From positions 480,001 to 544,000 of the forward strand of contig CAVTET010000004.1 in assembly GCA_963733675.1 (NCBI GenBank): a stretch of 64,000 bases of DNA, given 5' to 3'. A program made the translations under genes and the position numbers. Under the pieces are notes generated by a model. The model was not told the DNA's origin. It did not search any database and saw nothing but the letters and a program-made list of their open reading frames with translations. This document shows positions 12,676 to 23,405 of this stretch, one piece after another (the stretch's first letter is position 1; every line of letters starts with the position of its first letter). The DNA is from an uncultured Methanosarcinaceae archaeon. GTDB taxonomy: Archaea > Halobacteriota > Methanosarcinia > Methanosarcinales > Methanosarcinaceae.

Positions 12676-12759
12676 ATGTTTGGATTCTACGAGCTTACTG
12701 ACCATTGGGCCGGTTGTGGCGGTAGAGATGATTGTTGCTACAATGGAATAATTGGGTAA
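12676..12759 (+). CDS. Unannotated 27-aa Cys/Gly-rich peptide
   Basis: GGGGGGA RBS-like run 8 nt before ATG; MFGFYELTDHWAGCGGRDDCCYNGIIG*; GC-richer than the flanks. Confidence 0.45.
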   Translation: MFGFYELTDHWAGCGGRDDCCYNGIIG

Positions 12760-13157
12760 CAACACCGCTTTTAAATGCAAAATTACAAGTGATATATTCT
12801 TAGATTTTATAAGCACAATTATATTTTGAATTAATATATTTTATAGCGCTTATGCGGTTGAACTGAGAAACAACAAGTAGCTTGAGACCTTAAATTATCT
12901 AAATCACAATATCTCTAAAAGATATTGTAGTTCTTTCGGTGCTTCGTTTTTATTTCAAGCGCATAAATCCTATTATTAGTTCAGTCTATTCACAAGTAGA
13001 TAAGTAACAATGCAATATTAACAGACATATTTTATAAAATTAAAACATGTTTTTTACATCTGCCACTGGAGAGTAGATCGAAAAACAAATGGACAAAGGA
13101 TCGGAAAATAAACTCTCCTAAATCCGCATTTAGTTTCAATTTGAACAATATAAAAAG

Positions 13158-14267
13158 GTGAAATTGTTGAAACAATCAGTTAATAGAATCAAAAGGGTAC
13201 TGCCTATTTTGCTGGTGGGATTCCTTGTAGTGTCTTTAACAGCTGTATCAGTGACAGCATACCTATCTAATGGGGATCCTTCAGCTGTTGCAGTTCCATC
13301 AACTGTCATAGTTCCGTCCGGTGTTGCAGTTCCGTCCGGTGTTGCAGTTCCGTCCGGTGTTGCAGTTCCGTCCGGTGTTGCAGTTCCGTCCGGTGTTGCA
13401 GTTCCGTCCGGTGTTGCAGTTCCGTCCGGTGTTGCAGTTCCGTCCGGTGTTGCAGTTCCGTCCGGTGTTGCAATTCCTTCAGCTGTCTCAGATCCATCAG
13501 CTGTTGCAATTCCTTCAGCTGTCTCAGATCCATCAGCTGTTGCAATTCCTTCAGCTGTCTCAGATCCATCAGCTGTTGCAATTCCTTCAGCTGTCTCAGA
13601 TCCATCAGCTGTTGCAATTCCTTCAGCTGTCTCAGATCCATCAGCTGTTGCAATCCCTTCAGCTGTCTCAGATCCATCAGCTGTTGCAATTCCTTCAGCT
13701 GTCTCAGATCCATCAGCTGTTGCAATTCCTTCAGCTGTCTCAGATCCATCAGCTGTTGCAATCCCTTCAACTATCTCAGATCCATCAGCTGTTGCAATCC
13801 CTTCAGCTATCTCAGATCCATCAGCTGTTGCAATCCCTTCAGCTGTCTCAGATCCATCAGCTGTTGCAATCCCTTCAGCTGTCTCAGATCCATCAGCTGA
13901 AGGAATTCCATCAGCTGTCTCAGATCCATCAGCTGTTGCAATTCCTTCAGCTGTCTCAGATCCATCAGCTGTTGCAATTCCTTCAGCTGTTGCAATTCCA
14001 GGAATTGTACCAATGCCAGGTCCTGTACCAATGCCAGGTCCTGTACCAATGCCAGGCCCGGTAGCATTACCAGGCTCAGTACCAATGCCAGGCTCAGTAC
14101 CAATGCCAGGCCCGGTAGCATTACCAGGCTCAGTACCAATGCCAGGCCCCGTAGCAACACCAGGCCCTGTAGCATTACCAGGCTCAGTACCAATGCCAGG
14201 CCCGGTAGCATTACCAGGCTCAGTACCAATGCCAGGCCCGGTAGCATTACCAGGCCCTTGTATATGA
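13158..14267 (+). CDS. Secreted Pro/Val/Ser/Ala/Gly-rich hexapeptide-repeat protein
   Basis: Basic N-terminus plus hydrophobic signal/TM segment (RIKRVLPILLVGFLVVSLTAVSVTA), then about 330 aa of V-x-x-P-(S/G)-x units. This is the only frame with a signal peptide and no stops. Confidence 0.8.
   Translation: MKLLKQSVNRIKRVLPILLVGFLVVSLTAVSVTAYLSNGDPSAVAVPSTVIVPSGVAVPSGVAVPSGVAVPSGVAVPSGVAVPSGVAVPSGVAVPSGVAVPSGVAIPSAVSDPSAVAIPSAVSDPSAVAIPSAVSDPSAVAIPSAVSDPSAVAIPSAVSDPSAVAIPSAVSDPSAVAIPSAVSDPSAVAIPSAVSDPSAVAIPSTISDPSAVAIPSAISDPSAVAIPSAVSDPSAVAIPSAVSDPSAEGIPSAVSDPSAVAIPSAVSDPSAVAIPSAVAIPGIVPMPGPVPMPGPVPMPGPVALPGSVPMPGSVPMPGPVALPGSVPMPGPVATPGPVALPGSVPMPGPVALPGSVPMPGPVALPGPCI
13311..14259 (+). repeat. 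Composite coding tandem array with 18-bp base periodicity
   Basis: GTTGCAGTTCCGTCCGGT x8 plus a partial (13311-13466); 36-bp GTTGCAATYCCTTCAGCTGTCTCAGATCCATCAGCT x14 (13467-13970); about 14 GTACCAATGCCAGGyyyn / GTAGCATTACCAGGC units (14007-14259). Confidence 0.97.
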
Positions 14268-14269
14268 GT

Positions 14270-14294
14270 GTTTCACCTCATGAGTGGGTGGAAC
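14270..14294 (+). terminator. Hairpin just after the repeat gene
   Basis: GTTTCACC...GGTGGAAC stem (one G-U pair) immediately after the TGA. Confidence 0.35.
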
Positions 14295-15067
14295 TATTTA
14301 TGCTATAATGACAAGAATTGTAAAAGATAATAACTGTAGATGAAGTATAGATGAGGGCCTTACTGCTTATGTAATACTATGTAAGACTACACAAAAAACA
14401 TGAATCGATAAATATTACAATTTTACATTTTTTAATTGCAATATCTGGAGTCCCCTAAAAATCCGGAACATCTTTTCTAAACCTTAGGCCTCTTTCCACA
14501 ATTCATTAGTAACAATAACCTAGTTTCTTTGGACTTCACTGAACTAATTACTTTACTTTGTGTCTCTTTAGAAAATACGTCTATCTTATGGGTTAATAAA
14601 TGATATACTGTTTCTCAGTTTGAATGTCTAATTTACACTTTCAATTTGAATAAATTCCAATTCATTCGTTTACATTTATGATGGAAAGTATTTCTGTATA
14701 GTTGACTGTAATAGGAATCTATGATTCATGATTTTCGACAAACCTAGCTGTGGGCTGAAGCATTTCCTATCATTTATATTGAAAATGGTTGCACTCAATT
14801 TGATGTCATTTAGTCAAATGGATTCCTTATTTGACTGTTCATTTTGCTTGTGTGAATTTGAATACTAAGAGTCGATCTTGCTTTTATTCCATAACAACTC
14901 CTTCATTCAAGAAAGTTAATCAGCTTCTGAATACTCAGGCACTTGATATTAAACATAAAAAAACAAATATATGCTCAATTATTATTTATCCATTAAAGCC
15001 TTCACTGTATCTAATATTCATACTTGTACATCTAATTAAGAAATCATCCTCCTCACATGGTGGTCTT

Positions 15068-15910
15068 TTGTCCGTGAAAACTAACTCCAATAACTTTATC
15101 TGGTCTATTGTAAATCTTTTGCGAAAGGCGGAAATCGAGCTTCCTGAAGACGTCAAAAGTGCACTCATAAGAGCTGAAATCATAGAAGAAAACCAGGTTG
15201 CAAAATCCCAGCTTCAAGCAATCCTGAAAAACATTGAGATCGCAAAAAATCATGGGATTCCCATGTGCCAAGACACTGGCATCATGATCTTTTTTGTGGA
15301 ATTGGGGACTGAATTTCATCCTGGCTTTGATCTGGAGGTTGCGATTAGAGAAGCAGTCATCCTTGCAACAGCTGAAATTCCTCTGCGTCCCAATGCCGTA
15401 GATCCACTGACACGTCAGAATAGCGGCGATAATACAGGGATCGGAATCCCGGATATTAACTGGAAACTTGTTCCTGGAAATCAGTTAAAAATTACCGCAG
15501 CCCCGAAAGGGGCAGGTTCGGAAAATATGAGTGCTTTGCATATGTTTAACCCTAAGGAAATCAAAAATATTCCAAATTTTGTGCTTGAAACCGTGATAAA
15601 TGCAGGTGGAATGCCCTGTCCACCCCTTACTATAGGTGTGGGGATAGGAGGCTCCTTTGATGCAGCAGCCAGGCTTGCAAAAGAAGCTCTTCTAGAGCCA
15701 CTAGATACCCCAATGAACAGTCTGGAGAGAGAAATACTTGAAGCTGTAAATGCTCTCGGGATCGGCTGTATGGGTCTTGGAGGAAGCACAACAGTCCTTG
15801 CAGTGCACGTGAAAGCTGCATACTGCCATACGGCTTCTCTTCCGGTTGCAATTAACATTCAGTGCTGGGCGAATAGGCATGCTTCAGTCGTTTTCGGAGG
15901 AGAGGAATAA
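15068..15910 (+). CDS. Fe-S type fumarate hydratase / tartrate dehydratase alpha subunit
   Basis: PMCQDTG, PLRPN, NSGDNTG, PKGAGSEN, GGMPCPP, GLGG, HTASLPV and QCWA motifs. The true start is likely TTG 15068 or GTG 15074, not 14831. Confidence 0.93.
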   Translation: MSVKTNSNNFIWSIVNLLRKAEIELPEDVKSALIRAEIIEENQVAKSQLQAILKNIEIAKNHGIPMCQDTGIMIFFVELGTEFHPGFDLEVAIREAVILATAEIPLRPNAVDPLTRQNSGDNTGIGIPDINWKLVPGNQLKITAAPKGAGSENMSALHMFNPKEIKNIPNFVLETVINAGGMPCPPLTIGVGIGGSFDAAARLAKEALLEPLDTPMNSLEREILEAVNALGIGCMGLGGSTTVLAVHVKAAYCHTASLPVAINIQCWANRHASVVFGGEE

Positions 15911-16488
15911 TGGAATATCACCTGCATACCCCACTGAAGAAAGAGGATATCAAAAAACTCAATTCAGGAGATATAGTCTATATCTCCGGAGAGGTACTGA
16001 CGGCACGGGATGAAGCACACTCTCGAATTCTAGAAATGGACGAAAAAGGGGAAAAACTTCCTTTTTCCCTTAAAGGAGCAGTTATTTACCACTGTGGTCC
16101 ACTTATGCAACAGACAGAACACGGATGGAAAGTAATATCTGCAGGCCCTACTACAAGCGACAGAATGTCTAAAACGACTCATTCTCTTTTGAAAGCACAT
16201 GACGTTCGGGTGATCATAGGAAAAGGCGGGATGAAGGGTATCGCCTCAGAACTTAAAGATAGATGTGTTTACCTGGCCTACACAGGTGGATGTGCAGCTC
16301 TTGCCTCAAAGTTGATTCAAGAAGTAAAAACCGTTCACTGGTTAGATCTTGGAATGCCTGAAGCAGTCTGGGTGCTCAGAGTCGAAGAATTTGGGCCTCT
16401 TATCGTCGGAATTGATTCAAATGGCAACGACATTTTTGAAAAAGTTAGGGAGATAGCTGGGAAAGTACTTCAAAACCTGAGGCGATAA
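15910..16488 (+). CDS. Fe-S type fumarate hydratase beta subunit
   Basis: TARDEAH, IYHCGP, AGPTTS, IGKGG and DLGMPEA motifs; TAATG coupling to the alpha subunit. Confidence 0.95.
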   Translation: MEYHLHTPLKKEDIKKLNSGDIVYISGEVLTARDEAHSRILEMDEKGEKLPFSLKGAVIYHCGPLMQQTEHGWKVISAGPTTSDRMSKTTHSLLKAHDVRVIIGKGGMKGIASELKDRCVYLAYTGGCAALASKLIQEVKTVHWLDLGMPEAVWVLRVEEFGPLIVGIDSNGNDIFEKVREIAGKVLQNLRR

Positions 16489-16722
16489 AAAAACGATTTT
16501 TTTGCTTTTCGTTAACCTTATTTAATCCTTTATTACCTCAATTTGGCATGAAAGTACAAGAGGCTATCTTCCTCATCCACTCATTTCAATAAAATAAACC
16601 CACCGAAATTTGCTTATTGAATCTGAGGAAAGGTGGCTATATATATTCTTTTTATCCAGGTTAATGGTTACTATGGAATTTCCATTTAGAATTACTTTTT
16701 GCCCTGAATTTCTTTTCTCAAA

Positions 16723-17907
16723 CTATTTTTTGTCTTCCTTTGATTCGTGTTTTTCAATTATCTTATTGTATAATTCAAAGGTCTTTTTAGCTATTGTTTT
16801 CCAGTTATATTTATGTTTTAGAAGATCATAACCTTTTTCCCCCATTTTGTTACGGCCAAGCCCTTCAATAACATAGTTAAGACCCCATGCAATGGATGAA
16901 GGTTCTCTATGAGCAATAATGCCTGTCTTGAAATTGTCCACAAGAGCTACTGCATCACTTGCAACTACAGGTTTTTTTGCATCCCAGGCTTCAAGTACAA
17001 CGATTCCAAAGGGCTCATTTCGACTAGGTACGCACACAAGATCACAGGCATTAAACCACTCTATTACAGTATTATCAGGGGCATATCCAAGGAAGTTACA
17101 AGAATTGCCAATGCCAAGTTTTTGAGCCTGATATTCACAGTGAGCACGCATCTCCCCTTCTCCTATAAGTACAAACTTGGCATTCTTCTTTTTGAGAACC
17201 TTTGCAGCCGCTTCCACAAGCAGGTCAGGCCCTTTCTGATATGCCATCCTTCCAGTGAAGAGTACAACTGGGAGACATGGATGAATGCCATAATTCTTTT
17301 TTACTTCCCCAGGATCGATTTCTCTTTTTATTTTTCCGACATTTATTCCGTTAGGAATCTCCCATAGCTTATAATCAGGAATTGTGTAAATCTGCCGAAT
17401 TTCTTCTTTCAATATGGTCGAGGTTGTGATCACAGCAGAAGATTCGTATCCTCCAAGCCACTCCCGATGAGATATTTCCTTTGCCTCCCACCAGTCTCCG
17501 TGGCGATTCCCGTTGCGTCCCCATTCAGTACTGTGAAAAGTCATCACAAAAGGCAACCTAAATTGGGCTTTAATCTTGCAGAGGACATTTACTGGATGCC
17601 AATCATGCCCTTGTAAGATGTCAAATTTACCTACTTTATCTCTGACATCCAAGAACCGAGAGTACATATTGTCGCACATTCTGTTCATTTGTTCCACTAG
17701 TCTTCCATTTTGATCACAAGCAACTCTATGATAGTGGACCTCATTAATTACTTCATCGCTGTTTCCATGGCCTCGTGTAAACAAATGGACATCATGCCCT
17801 TCTGCTGCTAAAGCATCTGAGAGTTCAGATACATGGGGTGCAATACCTCCTACACGTATCGAATACAAACTTTCCCAGGAAAATATTCCGATTCGAATTT
17901 TGTTCAT
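16723..17907 (-). CDS. GT4 glycosyltransferase (glycogen synthase-like)
   Basis: WE...VGGIAPHV, HDW, FHSTE, PNGI, GRMAYQKG and PSRNEPFGIVVLEAW motifs. Confidence 0.93.
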   Translation of the reverse strand: MNKIRIGIFSWESLYSIRVGGIAPHVSELSDALAAEGHDVHLFTRGHGNSDEVINEVHYHRVACDQNGRLVEQMNRMCDNMYSRFLDVRDKVGKFDILQGHDWHPVNVLCKIKAQFRLPFVMTFHSTEWGRNGNRHGDWWEAKEISHREWLGGYESSAVITTSTILKEEIRQIYTIPDYKLWEIPNGINVGKIKREIDPGEVKKNYGIHPCLPVVLFTGRMAYQKGPDLLVEAAAKVLKKKNAKFVLIGEGEMRAHCEYQAQKLGIGNSCNFLGYAPDNTVIEWFNACDLVCVPSRNEPFGIVVLEAWDAKKPVVASDAVALVDNFKTGIIAHREPSSIAWGLNYVIEGLGRNKMGEKGYDLLKHKYNWKTIAKKTFELYNKIIEKHESKEDKK

Positions 17908-18680
17908 AGATCCACTAACTCCTTTTTATCAGAATGAGGGCTAAGGAAATAAATAATGGAAAATGAGGATTTTTCCGTTGTCTGTTGAATCTCAACGTCC
18001 CTCAAGTTTATAGTAATTAATATTACTCTGCACAAAAATCAGACAATTATTAAAGAATTAGGATCACAAATAGCCTACCATAGCCCATTTCCAGCCCCCT
18101 AAACCTTCAATTGGCCATAAGTAGGTAGGTATCTAATCCTTAATTAATATCTGTAAAGGCAGTTTTTGCATCACTTATCGAGTCCTATAATCTATTTACT
18201 AACCTTATATTTACTTCTAGATAAATATATCTGTGAATTTTCCTAATATTTTGGACTAGGTAATAAGAATTTTTTCTTTTGAGATCCTCTTATGTAACAC
18301 GTTTCTTAGATATTATTAATTTCCCAGTGTGGTATTTTACCTAAGGCAGTAGATGATCCACTTTCCGAAGGAATCATATTATAAACATAATGTATTTTGC
18401 TAAAGCTCTGTAGGAATGGAAAACTTCGAAAGCACCCAAAAATTCAAGTGATATTCAAGAGTTCTAAGAGCTAAACAAGATATGGTTAAAAGACAAATTC
18501 CCAAAGACTCTTCAGTAACTTCTGAGAACAGATCTTCGAAGATCACTAACAGGGTAAAGAAATTTTTCCATTGCAGTTACAAATAAAGCTTGAAATGTTT
18601 CATTGGAAATATTTATATTCCAATGGTCTTTTGAGAAATAAAAGACAAAAGCTATACATTCATTTTTTCGAAAAAAAGCT

Positions 18681-18709
18681 ATTAGAAAGGATTTTTTTGC
18701 AACGGAACC
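18681..18709 (-). mobile_element. Isolated IS6 left-end fragment
   Basis: ATTAGAAAGGATTTTTTTGCAACGGAACC is the reverse complement of the left end of the full IS6 copies (one extra T). Confidence 0.85.
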
Positions 18710-19120
18710 AGGAATATTGATTGGACTACTCTGATCTTCTTCGTTTCAATGTTCGTTCTGATGAAAAGCGTATGGATTTCTGGAACATTTAAAGGTTTAC
18801 TTGACAAACTATCTTATAATTTAGGTTCGATGCCAGTAATCCTTGCAGTCAGTATTGGATTCAGCCAATTTATTCCTAATGTTCCTTTTGTTGCGCTTTA
18901 CTTACCTGCAATGGGTAATGCTGTTTCTCAAGAACAACTGATGGCACTTGCAGCAGGAAGTACGATAGCGGGTAATTTATTAATCTTTGGAGCTGCAAGT
19001 AATGTTATAATTATCCAGAATGCAGAAAAAGAAGGCGAAACCCTTTCATTTATCGAATTCTTAAAAGTTGGATTTTTAATAACATTTTTGGATGCAATTA
19101 TCTATTATATTTTCCTTTAA
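18710..19120 (+). pseudogene. 5'-truncated ArsB/NhaD/SLC13-type anion permease
   Basis: Frame begins right at the IS end: RNIDWTTLIFFVSMF...SQFIPNVP...STIAGNLLIFGAASNVII. Only the C-terminal third or so remains. Confidence 0.85.
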
Positions 19121-19178
19121 CTCTTAAGAGATGCACTCAAATTTATTTTAAAGACTGTCTGAAAATAAAGAAAATACA

Positions 19179-19328
19179 GGTTCCGTTGCAAAAAATCTGG
19201 CTTTCTTGCAAAATCAGAAAAAACCTTCATAATTAGGAAAGTTAATCATTTTCATTAGAAAGAAAATGATACATAAAGGTGAAAATTATAGTGTCAAAAT
19301 GCAGAAATATTATTTTTGCAACGGAACC
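19179..19328. mobile_element. 150-bp MITE with IS6-type TIRs
   Basis: GGTTCCGTTGCAAAAA...TTTTTGCAACGGAACC; interior unrelated to the transposase; no TSD seen. Confidence 0.85.
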
Positions 19329-19859
19329 TTATCGATGAGCTCATATCTCACCAAATCCATCAATAATTTATTGAGATCCAAAAACATTTCTTTATGCTTG
19401 CTAAAAATTTCACAAGATTAAAATTTTCATGAAAAAATTGAATAGCAAGAATAGATTCGATAGGAACGCATATATTTTGTTTGGAATTGTATGGAATGTT
19501 TCTATTTTGTGTTTGTACTCATTGAACCAAATAATAGAAACAAAAACATTTCTTTTTACTCAATTGTTAAAATTCGGCTATAAATGCAATCGACAACCTT
19601 CACTTTGAATATAACTTATTTGGATACTGTAGTAGAGCTTTTTGCATAGAACACCTGTCTTAGTTAAAGCTTTGAGAGAAAATCCTTCGACTAAGTTTGT
19701 GGAACAATCTATAAGTGCAAGTCTAAAGTGGGTCTTATAGCAAAAATTTCAGATAAGTCTGGAAATTAAGGTAATTTCAAACAAAGAAATATGCAAACTT
19801 CAGGAAAATCCAGCTTTGTAATCATATTAATTCAAACCAGCTGAAAGTTAGCCATAATA

Positions 19860-19947
19860 AAAATTTGATAAACCTTAGATTTTCAATAAATTGCTTATTC
19901 AGAATTTATAAATAACAAGCCAAAAATTGGGGTTTGTCAAAATTTTC
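19860..19947. repeat. About 88-bp element with imperfect inverted ends, second copy at 55947-56033
   Basis: TTTGATAAACCT.. and ..AGCCAAAAATTGGGGTTT shared by both copies at similar spacing. Confidence 0.55.
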
Positions 19948-19958
19948 GATAATTTTTT

Positions 19959-20876
19959 TTATTTAGATTTCTGAATATCTAAATCCTCGTTTGCCTTTTT
20001 TGTGTCCACATCTATCCAGAGATGCAAATCCCTGTAGGGCATAATTCTGTCGGTTTCGTTGAACAGCAGGAACTCAAGCTTCATATTCTTTCCTTCTGAA
20101 GAAGGTGTAAAAGTAACTGGTTCTTTCCATATCTCATTATTAGCAAGACTGATTTTTTTCTGATTTTCCGGAAGGGGTAGAGATTTATTTTTAAGTTTTA
20201 TATCCATTGTATAGTTCATAGACCTATACTCATGGTTTATTATTCCCACTATTAAAGTACCTTTTTCCCCGACAACATACTTTGTGGTGTAGTTGTCGGC
20301 TTTTCCTTCAGGCCCGAGAATATAGAACTCGGTGAAATGTTCTCCTTCCTTTGGGATTAGAATTATATATACAAGAGTTGTGACAGACAGGAGAATTGAG
20401 AAGATCATAAAAACTGTAAGTGCTTTATCTAGTCTTGACTCTGGCTTTTCCAGGATCTCGGCTCTCAGAGAAAGTATCATTTTCCCAAAGGGTACTTTAA
20501 AAGCGTCGCTTTCCGAAAGTTTTGCCCGTCGCAGGTACGCAATCTCGCACATTACAAAGGTGAAAACTGAAAGGCTTATGAGGGCTGGTAGGAGCCTTAT
20601 CCCCCAGGGGGTGAAGTTAAGGCCAAGCCCTATCAGGGGTACTACTGCAATGCTCAGCCCAAATGAAAGAGCTATCCTCTCGATTCCGTCAATGTCGCAA
20701 TTTGCGGGAAAGAGTGCTGCGATAAGAGAATAACCTGGTAGGAAAAGCACGAGTGGTACGCCAAGTATATTTCTAATTACAGTTTCACTTAATTCAGGCG
20801 TGAGCACAAAGATATCTGTGAGGAGCACGAGCACAATAACGATCAAGAGGTCTGAGGGAATTTTCTTTCCGGTCAT
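19959..20876 (-). CDS. DUF1616-like membrane protein
   Basis: LFLPGY..ALFP, IERIALSFGLS, LNFTPWGI, FTEFYILG and LHLWIDV motifs. Confidence 0.85.
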   Translation of the reverse strand: MTGKKIPSDLLIVIVLVLLTDIFVLTPELSETVIRNILGVPLVLFLPGYSLIAALFPANCDIDGIERIALSFGLSIAVVPLIGLGLNFTPWGIRLLPALISLSVFTFVMCEIAYLRRAKLSESDAFKVPFGKMILSLRAEILEKPESRLDKALTVFMIFSILLSVTTLVYIILIPKEGEHFTEFYILGPEGKADNYTTKYVVGEKGTLIVGIINHEYRSMNYTMDIKLKNKSLPLPENQKKISLANNEIWKEPVTFTPSSEGKNMKLEFLLFNETDRIMPYRDLHLWIDVDTKKANEDLDIQKSK

Positions 20877-22110
20877 TTAGGTCATCGGGCCATCGTCAAA
20901 AAAATTGTTTGTCATTCATTTTTTTCGGGAAAGTAAATGCTTTTTCTAATGCATTTTACCCTTTCGCTTTATTTTTTTACCTTGATGAATATTTATTTAG
21001 AAGTTTCAAAAAATTTCACATATTTAATCTCTTTCATTCCTTTTCACGAATGTCTGGCCTATTCCCCATTTTTTCTCGTAGGGAAATGTGGCAAGTGGTA
21101 TGTGCAGATAGAATACATTATTGAAGGCTTAGGTTTGCAGAGAAAACTTTTGGAATAGGTACATAGGCCTGCATACTTGGGGCATAAATTAATAAGTTTC
21201 ACAGACTTTTGATGGGATATATTTAGTCCCAATGATGCTGTTTTCTGGATCAGTTACTTTGTCATTTGGTATTCATTAATTAATCATCTAATTTTTCGCT
21301 AGATATTAACCTAAATATTACTGGTATTCTATTTATAATCATATTTCAATATCAATTCACTGATATTATATATTTTTACAATTATATTAATTTTCATATT
21401 GCTATAATCTAAAATGTATTCACTAAAATGGTGTGATTTCTTAGAGGATTTTGATAAATATCTTTACATTTTTTAAGACTACCTAAATAAACAGCAAACT
21501 CTTCGGATTATAGGTCTAAACAAACTAAATTACTTCCATCTTATTCTTTTGTAACTTCCTTTCCACAATCAAAAGGTTGTGGACAAAATGAATCGTGGAG
21601 TTTCTAGGGTCTATTTCCATGAAATTCGCATTCTCTTGCAGAAATGGGTTTTTCTAAGAGGAATTTACATCATATGAAGCAAAACACCGAAAGTGAGATT
21701 AATTGACTTGGCACTCATTAGAGATCTATATTGTAAATAAAGTACTCTTGCCAAATATTTATAAATAAATCTATAGAAATCGGGAAAGAATTGAAGTTAA
21801 AATATTTTGGTTGTCTTCGTGTCTGAAGGCAAAAACTCAGTTAGTAGAAATGGGGAGAAGGCTTGAGTTAAAACATTGGTATAAGGGATAAAATTCAAAT
21901 ACATAAATTTATACGACAGTAGGATCTGAAACTATCGCTTTGGTTTGGATTAGCAACCCTAGCACATGGATTATCTTTGTAATAAAATATCTTACTCTAT
22001 GTTACTCTGATCTAGACAATATTTTATAATGTGGCACATTGAGTTATACTGATCCTAAACGCAATTCTGCGGAAAAACCTGATGAAGAATAACATTACGA
22101 TTTTCACGAG

Positions 22111-22965
22111 GGTTCCGTTGCAAAAACTTCAACAAAATATGTAAATCTATAAGTGATTAATAAAAATCAAAACATTCAAGGAAAATGTACTAACATTATA
22201 AAACTATACCAAATAATTGATTAATGTATTTGACTTCATTAAGAACAGAGTAATTTAAATCGATTACTTGTCCTTTTTTGATCATATTTATAGCTTCAAT
22301 TCCTTTTAAAGTCTTATTAGCAGATCGAAAAGACTGAAATCCTAACATTGGATTAACGATTCGCTTTATAGATCTGTGATCTTGTTCTATAATGTTATTC
22401 AAATACTTGATTTGTCGAATGCCTACGTTTTTAGGTAGTATTTTATCAATTTTTAGTTTATCTATAGCAGGTGGATAAGCTGGATTCTTATCAACGGTTA
22501 TTAATCTTGGAATTTGATTATGATTAGAACTTAAAGCTTTCTTAAAGAATCTCTTCGCTGCCTTTCTATCTCGTTTTGAACTTAACATGAAATCAATTGT
22601 ATCTCCATTTGAGTCAACTGCTCGGTAAAAATATTTCCATTTACCTTTTACTTTGATATAGGTTTCATCAACTCTCCACGAATCATTTGTTGGTCTTAAA
22701 TGTCTTCTTATCTTCTTTTCTATTTAAGGGGAATATTGATGTACCCGTCTCATGATTGTTGTATGGTCGACTTTTACTCCCCTTTCTGCCATCATTTCCT
22801 TTAAATTTCTATAACTTAATGCATATTTTAAGTACCATCTTACATTCAATAAGATAATTTCCCCTTCATAATGCTTCCATTTAAAGGAATTAGATAGCAT
22901 GTTACTATCTTTGGTTTTCTTTTTATTCTATTGTATCATTAGAAAGGATTTTTTGCAACGGAACC
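22111..22965 (-). mobile_element. IS6-family element (855 bp), transposase inactivated
   Basis: TIRs GGTTCCGTTGCAAA; tnp 22196-22900 has a GAA>TAA nonsense at 22724-22726; near-identical to the 37469 copy. Confidence 0.97.
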
Positions 22966-23405
22966 ATTTCTAGTGACCTAGGTTTTGATAATTACTTTGA
23001 AATAATAATCTTTTTTTAAAAATATAATTAATTAGTTAATTTACTATAGTTCAATGAATTAAATGAAATTGCATTTTTTTTTAAAACTGAAGAAAAACCT
23101 AAAAAAATAAAAAATTCTGAAAGTAACAACCCGAGCTCTCTCATAGCAACGTGAAATAGATTATTTATCTGTTTGAAGAATATTCTGAAGGAATTTGCCA
23201 TAAAAGTCACAATAGAAAAATAAAGCAAAGAAAAATTTTCTCTGCTCCAATATAATGGAATTAGTTTTAATTTCTTATTTTCTAAGACTTACTAGTTGAA
23301 TGATTAAATAAAGTACATGAAGCTTCTCAATATTTATTGGGATTTAGATACTGAAGTGCTTAACGCTTTCTTTCTTCAGTCAAACTGCGTAAGTCTTATT
23401 TTCGT

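Noticed and set aside
13306-14247. Alternative-frame repeat ORFs (LQQLMDLRQ, LQFRPV, LPGLALV)
   Set aside because: They are by-products of a stop-poor repeat and have no RBS or unique domain; only the 13158 frame has a signal peptide.
13311-14259. 36-bp repeats as a CRISPR array
   Set aside because: The units are head-to-tail with no unique spacers, are multiples of 3 inside an ORF, and no cas genes are nearby.
14831-15067. 79-aa N-terminal extension of fumarate hydratase alpha
   Set aside because: It is AT-rich, non-protein-like open frame; homology starts near 15068.
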